DNA of 64,000 nucleotides from Antedon mediterranea. Taxonomy: Eukaryota; Animalia; Echinodermata. The notes under the pieces were generated by a model. It was not told the origin of the DNA. It ran no database searches and saw only the letters and a list, made by a program, of their open reading frames with translations. The DNA is taken from the NCBI RefSeq assembly GCF_964355755.1, contig NC_092674.1, forward strand, positions 4,464,001 to 4,528,000. Direction: 5' to 3'. Shown one piece after another: positions 13,664 through 25,500 of the stretch (positions are counted from its first letter, which is position 1; the number at the start of each line of letters is the position of its first letter). The position numbers and the translations under genes are program-made.

Positions 13664-14471
13664 GGGCCTGTTTCTGCTGCAACTGCTCAAAATACGGTAT
13701 AGAAATACGGTATAAAATACGGTATTTTTTAGTACCCCGTTTCTGCTAACAATACTTCTTGGGTGGTCGTGTTAAATTTCATCTTTTTTACCCAAATTGC
13801 CATTCATTTATTTGGTCGATAATTAAAAGTCGCAATAAAGGAAGTTTTACGTCTCACTTTCAACAGCCTAGCCCTAGTGATAGAGATGTTGTGAGAGCAC
13901 AGAAAACATCGTAATGGGGACAATTAATTCGTTTCCTCCCCGAGTTATTGTATTTTGCAATGTTATACTGCTTTCGCAGGCTCTTCAGCTTTGAGTTTAC
14001 TTGCTTTGGAGACAAGTCTATTCCATACTCCTGCTTTTTTATTTTAGAAATGTCTTTATAAATGTGGTTGTCCCTTTTATTACATTTTAGTTGGCCAGAA
14101 ATTTTAGCTTCCCCACACAAATTTATTTAGTAAAACTGTGACGTCTTCGCTCCACATTTTCGCCGAATATATCTATACACGTGTGTAAAGCAGCTGACAG
14201 CGACAGAAAATAAAAACACGAATGTTGACCTTTTGTCATGTAAAAAAAAAATACGGTATTTTTTTTGGCAGCAGAAACGGGTACAAAAAATACGGTATAA
14301 ATTTGTAAATACCGTATTTTATCCACAAATTTTGTGGGGAAAATACGGTATACAAAATACGGTATATTTTTTATGAGCGCAGTTTCTGCTGCCAAAAATA
14401 TACCGTATATATACGGTATTCAACAAATACCGTATAATATACAGTATTTAGTTGGCAGCAGAAACAGGGCC
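13664..14471 (-). mobile_element. Non-autonomous PIF/Harbinger element retaining a Myb/SANT-like ORF remnant
   Basis: TIRs GGGCCTGTTTCTGCTGC / GCAGCAGAAACAGGGCC, TAA duplication (13661-13663 and 14472-14474), many AAATACGGTA subterminal repeats. Minus-strand 13860-14120 reads IYKDISK...SPKQVNSKLKSLRKQYN...CPHYD, a Myb/SANT-like pattern matching the second Harbinger gene. Confidence 0.85.
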
Positions 14472-16342
14472 TAAGAGAGATTCTGTATATAATAAAAAAA
14501 GAATATTTATTGAACAATCCATAAATAATGTACAGTTTTTTGCATTTGTTATTCTACCACACACATGCACAGCCAAAAACAAGTCAAAGTACTCACTTGT
14601 TTTTAAGAAAAGGTGTGCAATATTAACAAAACTGTATTGTCCTCCCAAAACATGAAAAAAATAAAGATTAATTTAAAAAAGACTTTGAATAGGCCATTTT
14701 GCAGTTTTAATCAAGTTAATCACTTCCGTAGGAAAAAAAAAATATTTTCTCTTATAAAAAGACAAAATAAACGGTTAAATCATTGAGTTCCAGTCAATTT
14801 GAATTTTGTTGGCTTTATTTTTCAGGTAAATTTTTTTTTCTATTATGTGACATTAAAATAGCATATTCCATAACAAATATAAATGAAAAGAATAATTTTG
14901 TTGATTAAAATTACATTGAATCTAAATGAAAATCGAATTTGTTATATCAAATAGTTAATTTATTATTTTACTTTTTATTATGTTACCACATTCTGAGTAC
15001 ATCATCATCGTATAGGATGTCACTACTATAGGATAGATTTTATCTTGTACTAATGGATTTTAGGTAGTGTACTGTTATAACACAATAAATAAAGCAATTA
15101 TAAACAACATTTGAAATCTGTAATGTTACATGTACTGATGGAAGAGGGTGGGGTGAGTGTTGTACTGTAGCTGGTGCTTTAAAAAACACAGTAAAAAAAC
15201 TGGGTGTCATGAAACAAATAAATAATATCCTGAATTTGAGTAAATATTCTTACAAAAAACCAATAAATATGTCAATATGAAATTGCTGGTAGGCCCGACA
15301 TTTCAGCAATGAGTACAATTATTGTTTTTAATACTGAAAAATTCAGTAATGAAGCATAACTACTGCTTAACTTTTAAAATGCTTTTTTAAAATGATTTGC
15401 TTGATCTATGGGTCATGCGTTCAAATCCTACTTTTTATCACATGTTCAATTCTAATCGCCAAAACATGTTAAAGATATTTGTTGAGCATCTTTGTTCTTT
15501 GAAACGGATTTCCACCTTTTTGGAGGACAGTGACTTTCACTCATTGGCAAAGTGCCTAAAACATTATTTAAAAAAAAAAAAAAAAAATTGTGTTTGTTCT
15601 AATAATTAAGTTATAATATTAGGAACAGGGATGAATTTCAATTTTAAAGGGGACCAATACAATTTTTTGAATCATGAAATCAATAAATCCATACTAAAGT
15701 ACAGTGAGTTTTGGAGTTCCCCAGTGTACTGTCAACGACACTTGTATGATATCCCAAATAAGGAAGTTGTGATGTCATCAACACTTCATCTTAAGAGACT
15801 GGAGATGATGATGTCATTTCACCAGAAAACAAATATACTTTTATGTATTAATGGGGTCATATTTCTCACCCCTACATCCTGAATTAAGGTATAAAATAGG
15901 TGTACACTCTTAGTGTTAGTTAGTCTGGAGTAGGGATACCTTCCCATTACAATCTTGTTTTTACAAGTCTGTTATTTAATTACATTTGTGGATGGCATAT
16001 TTGTAGTAGTACGGTAAGTCATGTTTTGTTCACCTTCTTGTTTTTAGTTTGTTTTAAATTTAAATTTTTATTTTATATTAACTTGTTTGTATTTTGCATA
16101 ATGATTAATATATCATTATTATATTATAATAATTATTATTATATTATAATGTACAGATATAAATTTGTGCATTATTTTACAGTTATTCCTTTATTGTTTA
16201 CTTTTTGATGTTTATATACTTTGTACCGTATAGTTACTGCACTATTTTAAATTTGTCGATAGAACTGTAGTAAAAACGAAATATATAATATCCCCTCCAT
16301 TATATATAATGTATAGGCTTACTGTTTAATTCTTGCCAAAAG

Positions 16343-16445
16343 TTTTCAGTTGTGTGCAAACAGCTCACTATGTCAGTCGGTTGGTCAGTCGGTCGGTAAA
16401 AACTAACTCAAATTTAGCGACTGCAGCCATGTACATAGCCTTGTT
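16343..16445 (+). mobile_element. Short Helentron-associated (HINE/DINE-1-like) element
   Basis: T-run start, GTCGGT-type microsatellite, GCGACT and a 3' hairpin GCCATGTACATAGCC followed by TTGTT. Confidence 0.5.
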
Positions 16446-16644
16446 TTTCTTATAATTTAAGCTAAGTTATCCAACAATCCAATAGTATTTGGAATCTTTT
16501 GAAAAAGACTTGAATAAACAAATCAGGTGGATTTATAGGTGCAGTTTATTAAGATATTTCAGCATTATTTATTGGATTGAATGAACTTTACATATGCTAT
16601 AGAACTATAGAATACTAGTGTTTATATATATATAGAATATCTTT

Positions 16645-16878
16645 CTTCCTGTCCACCCAGGCAGCACTTGCCAACTCATATGCTATGACTTTATCCAAAT
16701 TCCGTCACTTGCACTGATGAAGGGCTAGTGTTGCCCGAAAGCTCTGCTAACTTTTCTGGCTGTTTACTTTATCGTTTTGATTTAGCTTTTCGCTTTTTTT
16801 TTTTTGTATCTCGCCATTGAGACCCAGCCACTGATACCCACAGCATTGTCATTTTTTTCAGTAATTTGCCTTTGGATT
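16645..16878 (+). mobile_element. Penelope-like short element with a 16-bp TSD
   Basis: Flanked by identical TATATAGAATATCTTT (16629-16644 and 16879-16894). Carries a hammerhead core. A near-identical 3' part lies inverted at 26506-26631. Confidence 0.75.
16708..16750 (+). ncRNA. Minimal type I hammerhead ribozyme motif
   Basis: GCA-CTGATGA(16714-16720)-A-GGGC/TAGTGTT/GCCC-GAAA(16737-16740)-GC-TC-TGC. Intact CUGAUGA and GAAA boxes, 4-bp stem II, palindromic AGCT in place of stem III, predicted cleavage after C16744. Confidence 0.7.
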
Positions 16879-18323
16879 TATATAGAATATCTTTGTGAGT
16901 TTAAAAAGGATAGAGAGGCTTGCTACAGGTGGAATTATCTCTGTATCCACCTTTATAGGTGCAGTTTATTGAGAATATTTGAGCTTTATTTATTTGGTTG
17001 AACTTTACATAATGCTTTAAAGAACTTTACAATACTTGCTTTAGAACTAGAATAATAGTGTTTGTATATATATAATGTCTTTGTGAGTTTAAAAAGTATA
17101 GAGAGGAGGTTTGTTAAAGGTGAAATGATCCTTGTATCCATGAACATCAGGGTATGTTTACTTTTATAGGTTTGTTTGTTTCTCAGCAAGGTGTAAAGAC
17201 CAAGGCTTTTGTACAAGGATAAAGCAAAAGCTTTTAAGTTTTATAAATTGATTCAGTATGGACAGATCTTGTTTAATATCCAAATTAAATGTTTGGTATG
17301 TAACAAAATATGTTACTTGATCATTTAGAATAATAAGGCATTGTTAAGGGGATACTTTCAGTATCAAGCAAATGTTTCCTTATTAGGATTATCATCTGAA
17401 TAGGGGTTGAAACATTCATTCAATTTTAATTTTTTTAATTCACATATATGATATACATACAGTACAATATGCGAAAAAGAGCCAAAAAATAGCTTTCATT
17501 AATCAAAGTTTGACTCCTGTAATCATATTGTAGTGTATGTAGTGTATGCCCAGGAAATGTTCCCTTTAATAGGGGTGACCCCTGATTTAAGGTGTCATCT
17601 GCATACAAATGTCACCTACCGTACCTATAGTAAATAGGGATGCCACCGTACCTAAAGGATGTCGCCTGAATTGGTGTCATCTCCATAATAGTGTCCCAAA
17701 TAAGTGGTTATTTTAATTTACTGTAGTAATAAGCATGCTTGTATACTATACTATTTTTAGGACAACCAATAAATATTATTAAAAGAAATTTAATATCACA
17801 TGATATCTTCATATGATGTTTACAATGAAAACCTTATTTTGCAATCTTTTCACATGATATTATTGCATTTTGTTCCTCTTTATTGTCAATGAACTATTTA
17901 TTTTTAATATGTTCATTATCGGTTGCATATTTATTATGCTACTCTGTAATTTTGCTCTATTTGTGGAAATAAATGTTGTTATTACTATAACAGTATATTA
18001 TTGTATGAAGTTAAATATAAGTTTAAGTTTAGCACAGGCATCCTTGTTCAACTACGAACCCTAACCTGGCCTGTGGATATTGTTGCCATTACATTTTTAC
18101 TGCAGTTTGTTATTGTTTACAGGTGACAGTCAAATCTGTTCCAACAGGTTTTACCTTGATCACCTTCTCTGATAACATTCTTCCCCACTGAGCACCAAAT
18201 TATATACAATGTTGAGAAACTGAGTGCTATAGTAGTAGGTTATCACCAAAAGAAGGAATTTATTGAGGAAACAAATTACTTTAATATCCAACTACAGAAG
18301 GTACATACATGTACTAACTATAT

Positions 18324-18545
18324 TATATCAAAAATAAAAATAAAACTTGGTTACTTCATAGTACTTCCCATACATGTTATGTAACCCTGTAGATCTGTGC
18401 CTGATTACTTTTCATCCGATGAGTGTGTTTAGCCCTGTTAGTATACGAAAGAAATTTGTCGTGTAATAAAGTACAGTACCTACTATGAAGTAACCAAGTT
18501 TTATTTTTGATATATATCTAGCTCTACCAATGGTATCGAGCACTG
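18324..18545 (+). mobile_element. Penelope-like remnant with inverted terminal duplication and degenerate hammerhead
   Basis: Inverted repeat 18324-18363 / 18481-18514 (AAAACTTGGTTACTTCATAGTA). Inside: CCGATGA-GTGTG...TATAC-GAAA-GAAATTTGTC (18416-18460), then AATAAA. Confidence 0.55.
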
Positions 18546-19589
18546 TAACCAGACAATATTTAGTTATCACTTACTTGCACATGTACAACTATGTATTCAA
18601 GTAGGATTTGGGACCTATTTGTGCATTTGTTGACATTCATTTGTGGTCAATAGGATAGGCTAATAAACAAGAAATCTAGAAAGGTTTTCAACCTTGACTA
18701 GAGTAAAGTATTTCCAAGTACTGTTTGCAGTACTGTGATAGGCTACAGTGTGTGATACTTAATTTAAATCCTATGGACAATACATTGATACACTGGAGGA
18801 AGCCGTCAGAGTTCATAGAATACTTCGGGTGATTCAGTTGTTCTTCTCTCTGTTTGAGGTATGAAAGTTAAATCCAGGAAACAATACTGAACTGTGTAGG
18901 TAGTTTTTAGGAAGTATTTATGCATATATTACCTTTCTATAAGAGTTTAAACTACTGTAAGTCTTCTTGTTTACATTATTTAATATTTCTAAAACCAGCT
19001 GAGAGAATCTGCACTTCACTTCAGTTGAACATCATTGCCATTTCATTGCTAAAGTGTCTTAAGTATTGTACAGTTTTTTATTCCTTGTATTCTTTGTATT
19101 GATGATTGCGTTGCAGTTATGGGCTATAGTTTAATACAATACTTTTTTAAGCATGGTATTTTACTTTAAAATAAAACATAGTTAGGCGATAGACCGTGTG
19201 ACAGCATCATAATGCGATAATTTTATAGTGAAATATTACTGTTATGTCTGGTAAAATAATGGTGGCATTCCAATGTAACTTTTGGTATATACCGCAGATG
19301 TCATCGTTTAGGCTTTAGTTGTTGATTCTAATATTGTATTGTCATTTTTGTTTTTCTACGCTAATGGCTTATATATGGTTTCTCTAAAACAAACCAAATA
19401 TGAATTTTTATTCTAGAGAATGATATCAAAGAGCTAATTGGTCAGATGTTTTGTCATACTTTGGCATACATTCTGATAGAGGTTCTTTTTTGGACAATAT
19501 GTTTCTTTAAAGATGTATTATCCCCCAAAAACATGAAAAATGAAGATTAATGTAAATACATTTCTTTCTGCAGTATGATTGCTTAAAGT

Positions 19590-22500
19590 ATGGCATTGAT
19601 GTGGAAGAAAGCAAAAGATATTCTTTTTAACAGTCCCGACCTTGATGCCACAGATGGGAGTGGTTCAAATCTTGAGAGCAGTGATCCTGAATTATGTATC
19701 CAGTTATTGCGAATTCCTTCAGTGAACAATTACAGTGGTTTAAGGAAACGAATTGCCACAGCTGATTCAGAATGGATGCAGAACTTCCTCGAAATGGACG
19801 GGTTGGGCGTGTTGCTAAACACGTTGGAACGGCTCTCGGAACACAAATACTCCGGAATTACTAATGCGTATCTACAGCTTGGAATTGTGGGAGTCATCAA
19901 GGCTATCTTAAACTCTAAAACTGGAATGGAATTTGTTATAAATAATTCTAAAATGACTCGAATGCTGGGACGTGGTAAGTGTGTTTGATTTATATATGGA
20001 TTATGGAATTCAATTTTTTGCATAAATTTACATTTTTCAATTTCTTTAGAAAAATTAATATTTTAATTTATCATGTGAAACCCTGGTGTAAGATATAGTT
20101 GATAAAAATAGTAAAAATTGAATTTAAAAACAAAGTGTCATTGTGTCAACAAAGTGTCACCGTGTCCCAACAAAGTGTCACCGTGTCCCAACAAAGTGTC
20201 ACCGTGTCCCAACAAAGTGTCACCGTGTCCCAAACAAAGTGTCACCATGTCCCAACAAAGTGTCACCATGACCCAACAAAGTGTCACCATGACCCAACAA
20301 AGTGTCACCGTGACCCAACAAAGTGTCACCGTGTCCCAACAAAGTGTCACAGTGTCCCAACAAAGTGTCACCGTGTCCCAACAAAGTGTCACCGTGACCT
20401 AACAAAGTGTCACCGTGTCCCAACAAAGTGTCACCATGACCCAACAAAGTGTCACCATGTCCCAAACAAAGTGTCACCATGTCCCAACAAAGTTTCAACG
20501 TGTCCCAAACAAAGTGTCACCGTGTCCCAAACAAAGTGTCATCATGTCCCAACAAAGTGTCACCGTGTCCCAAACAAAATGTCACCATGACCCAACAAAG
20601 TGTCACCGTGACCCAACAAAGTGTCACCATGTCCCAACAAAGTGTCACCGTGTCCCAACAAAGTGTCACCGTGTCCCAACAAAGTGTCACCATGTCCCAA
20701 CAAAGTGTCACCGTGTCCCATGTCCCCTTGTCCCAAACAAAGTGTCACCATGTCCCAACAAAGTGTCACCGTGTCCCAACAAAGTGTCACCGTGTCCCAA
20801 ACAAAGTGTCATCATGTCCCAACAAAGTGTCATCATGTCCAAACAAAGTGTCACATGTCCCAACAAAGTGTCACCATGTCCCAACAAAATGCCACTGTGT
20901 CCCAACAAAGTGTCACCATGTCCCAACAAAGTGTCATCATGTCCCAACAAAGTGTCACCGTGTCCCAACAAAGTGTCATCATGTCCCAACAAAGTGTCAC
21001 CATGTCCCAACAAAGTATCACTGACGTAAAATTCATGATAAATTGCACCTCTAGTTTGCCGGAAATGTCACTCACTCTATAGTGTGCGCTAGCAAACAGA
21101 GGATTGTAGCCTATAGTATTCCGCCGGTAATAAAACATACGGGATTTTCAGTAAATTACCAATGGTTTATTGAAAGTCAACACTGTAACTAATCCCTTAC
21201 TATTCAATCAAAATGTTATTATACTAATATATTGTTGAAAAATGGATTGCGCATGATATGAAAATGGATTGATGGTGAAACATAACAAAGATACGATCTT
21301 GTCTGGTTATTAGGTATTCATGCAGTGATGAAGCGAAGGATTATTTTTGTAGCGTTCCATTTAAAATAAATTTTGTTACAAAGAAATATTTAGGTTGTGA
21401 AGCTCGTTAAATTCGTTGGCGTCAGCATCACTTCTTTTACCAATTTTAACGATTAAGCTAACATCAAAACAACAACAACAATGATAAAATGCCCTGCAAC
21501 TCTGTAACTATACTTTATGACTAAGCCTATCAAGTTCCGGGTCCGAATGGATATTGTATACGATGAAATGGGACTCAATTTTAATTTAGTGGCAGAAACA
21601 ACATTTTAATAAAATTAAGGGTGTTGCCCGGGCCACTAGGGCAACACCCCTGGGTCCGCCCCTGGTGTCCTAAACAAAATGTCACCGTGTCCTGAACAAA
21701 ATGTCACTGTGTCCCAAACAAAGTGTCACTCTGTCCCAAACAAAATGTCACTGTGTCCCAAACAAAGTGTCACTCTGTCCCAAACAAAGTGTCACTGTCC
21801 CAAACAAAATGTCACCATGTCCCAAATGTGTTTTTACTGTAGTATTCCACATTCGTTTCATGTGAAAGTGTCCCCTGAATAGAAGTGTTCTCGAAATAAG
21901 GACCCAAAAGACTATATATATAAAAGTAAGAAAATATAAAAACTGTACTCAAAATTTTGTTGCGGTTGCCTGATTTGTGTTTATGTTTACTCCTTAATTT
22001 GTAATTATTATTTTGAATTAGGGAACATTTGATTTAGATTTGCCTTATGAAGTATGGTTTTTACATTTTCAGGGTGAATGGTTACTGTTAGGTAACATAC
22101 ATTATATATATCATACCTAATTACAGATGGAAGTAGACTTTATATAATATTATCATAATTACTGTGTACTATCATACAAGTATATATAATTATTAGCTTT
22201 AGCAGGAAACATCAACATTTGACATAAAATTAATGAAAAAAACAAAATATGCTTTTTGTTTTTATATGTAATTTTAAGTTTTGAAATTATTCCAACAGTT
22301 ACTGCAGTAAAAACTTAACTGCAATATAACATATGATTTTAGTTGGTTTCAATGTTGTATAATTTAATTTATTAAGAAAAAATAAACAGTGTGTATGATT
22401 ATCTAAAAAATGCCTGCTAACTAATTTGGTAAACTGTTTCTGAATTCAATGTGCAATAGCTGGCAGTAGAATAATTTTGACATGGTAACTTAAACTTTTC

Positions 22501-25500
22501 TAATGTTGTTTTTTTTCTAAGCCTTGGATACCAAAAATGAAATGGTGAAAATTCAATTAATTGAGCTGCTTTCAGCCCTGTGTGTCCACTCAAAGAAAGG
22601 ATATAACCTGGCTATAGACTCACTTGAACACTATAAGGTAATTATTACTAATTCTAAGAGATTGTGATGTGATGTCTTGAAGCTCTTTAAGCCTTGTCTA
22701 CACTATCAAACTTTATGTGACCAAAAAAATGTGATGTGCCCATATACCGTAAAACCTCGAAAAGAAGCCCATGGGCTTCTTCTTTTTTTAGTGCTCTTGG
22801 ATGGGCTTCTTTTCGAGATGGGCTTCTTTTCGAGATGGGCTTCTTTTCGAGAGTACTTTTGCAAACTGTAGAGGAGGGCTTCTTTTCGAAATGAATGCTG
22901 TAAATTTTGTGAATTTCTACTACAATAATGTGACTTTTGAGACAATTTTTCAACCATGAAATTATGTTTAATATACCAATTAAAAAACAATATAAAAAGC
23001 AAAAAAACAGTCCTATGATTCACCGTCAAATACAATAATTTTGTCATCATCTCAATACAGTATGAGTAGTCTGTCTCGAAATGAAGCCCATACTATCTTG
23101 AAAAGAAGCCCAGGGGGCTTCATTTCGAGATGGGCTTCTTTTCGAGAGTACTTTCGCAAACTGTAGAGGGGGCTTCTTTTCGAGATGGGCGTCTTTTCGA
23201 GGTTTAAGCCCATGGGCTTCTTTTCGAGGTTTTACGGTATATGGACATGATGATGTCATATCACTACCATATGTGGGCATATATCACTACCATATTTTGG
23301 CATATCACACTTTTTTGTCAAACTAGTTTGATAGTGTAGACAGAGCTTAAGAGATGATTGCAAAATATACTATAAATAAAATACTGTAAATATTATAAAT
23401 AGTAATATGTTGATATCATATAATTTGTTGAATTTTGAATTAAGATCCATTCTGGCACTAGAATTTATACTGTAGAATCCTATTAAAGGGATGCTTTGGG
23501 GCCCAACAAGGTGCCACATAGGGATGGCTGTACAGTATAATAGTGTTCAATACTTCATTTCCCCTTATTTGTGTCATGGGAATGGGGATGTCCCAAATGT
23601 TACTATTGTATTGGATAAATGCATTTTAAATTTTCTTGTAAAATACATATTATATTCAATTTATAAATGCAATGACTATGAGTTGTGGCTTGGTGGTTAT
23701 GATGCTTGGCTACCACTCCCAAGGGTCCTGGGTTCAAGTCCCGTCACATGTCAGGATTTTTTCTAAGGACCAAATTACTCCACTCCCAAAGACTTGTAAG
23801 ACTCTGAGGGTCCCATATTATGATATACAGAATAAGAGATGTTTTAAACAAACAAAAGTTAGTAGACCGGAACTTTAGCTTCTAGAATAAAAAAGGATTT
23901 ATAATAATGTACTGTGTACTCTGTAAAATATCATTTTTATCTATTGTTATCATGACATCAAAAATATGTACACCTTATTTTCACACTTTGTGTTTATTTT
24001 TAAAGGTTAATATACTGTATGGTCATATTTACTTTCTACAAAATTATATTTGTTCATGTTTTACCTTTAGTCTAGTTTAAAGTTGATATTAATGGTGGGA
24101 CTGTTTGTTTACTAGAGTATGTCCAGTGTTTAGAGGTGTAACGGTATAATAAATGTTATACACAATTCTGGTGTAGAGCGAAAATAATTTTTGATGTTAA
24201 GCTTTTATGCTTTTTTTAAAACTTTTAAGTTTTTAAAAGTTTAGTACCTATTACTGTCAAGCTCACATTTAGCCCAGGCTTTCAGGATTTTGAGAAATTC
24301 ACCATTAATCTCTGTATTTTTATTTTTCGCATATGAGCCCCAACTGTCTATGGAGAAGACCGGCGAGAATCATATTTGTTTCCCGTGGCCTATATAAGAT
24401 CTATTATCCGCATTAATCAATAATAATATAATTCATACTGTAGTTTACATTTAAAGTCAAGATTATAAATCAATTATTGTACAGTATTAGTAGATCATTT
24501 CCTTGTGATTGGATATAAAGACACTATGATAATTGTTTTTGTTTTATTGCATCTGTTTCGTATTCTGTAACAATCAATGCAGTATTGTTCAAATTCTATT
24601 TATAATATATTCATTATTCTCTTGAGATGAAAATCTCAGATTCAGTAAATTTCCGATATGAAATCATATTCCTATTTTCTTTTGTTAAGAAGTGTGCTGT
24701 TTCACATTAAACATTAGTATGATAGTAATTAAATTTAAAGCGATATTATTTTACCATTTATAGTAATAGTATACTCCACACCCTCACTTAATGGTAGAGT
24801 CCATATGGAACGTTATTGTACATTTGGGAACATTGTCTGAGTTGAAAAAAAGACTCGGCACCAGAATTTGCCTTTTTTAATGGTCTCTTATCAACAATTT
24901 AGAAATAAAGTATTCTAGAATTTCTGAGAAAACGTTTTGAAATTAGCATATTTCAAAGGTATTAATAATTTAGTATTATCTGGGTACTTTTTTGCTGTAT
25001 TTTTGTACTATACCATTTTAATGAAATTAATAGCTATCTTCCATAGTCATAAACAATTACCATGGCTGGTTGTATATTTATTGCACTGTAATGGAATATA
25101 AAATTCAAGATTGAATGTTATTATTAAGCAATTGTACAGAATGCTATTATCCAATGTATTGACCATGAATATTGAATAGATAGTTAGTCCCTCTATTGTA
25201 TGTCTCAGAGTTTATTTCACTTCTCTATTGTTAAATTAATCTATTGATCTATGAGTCAAAGTTTAAGTACTGTATGTCTGGTATTAGAGTTTCTGCACAT
25301 ACTAAGAAAAAGAATAAAAGACAAATGTATTATGAGATTTTCCTGGTTATGTTTGCCTCAAGAGAGATATAGTGAACAATACAGTATCTCTATGCTCAAA
25401 CCAAATTGCATTGCAGCTATTATAGTGGGAGATCCAGGATGAATAATGTAAAGGGGAGATGAACAGAGTCTATCTAAAGATTGTATTTAAATAAATTTCT

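Noticed and set aside
5392-19102. Short 60-96 aa ORFs between PGM2 and INF2
   Set aside because: AT-rich chance ORFs with no recognisable domain or exon chain, apart from the Myb/SANT remnant.
20099-21138. Many overlapping ORFs (VPTKCHH, SQQSVTV, LLGHGDT repeats)
   Set aside because: Artefact of a stop-free 21-bp satellite, open in several frames on both strands, with no splice support.
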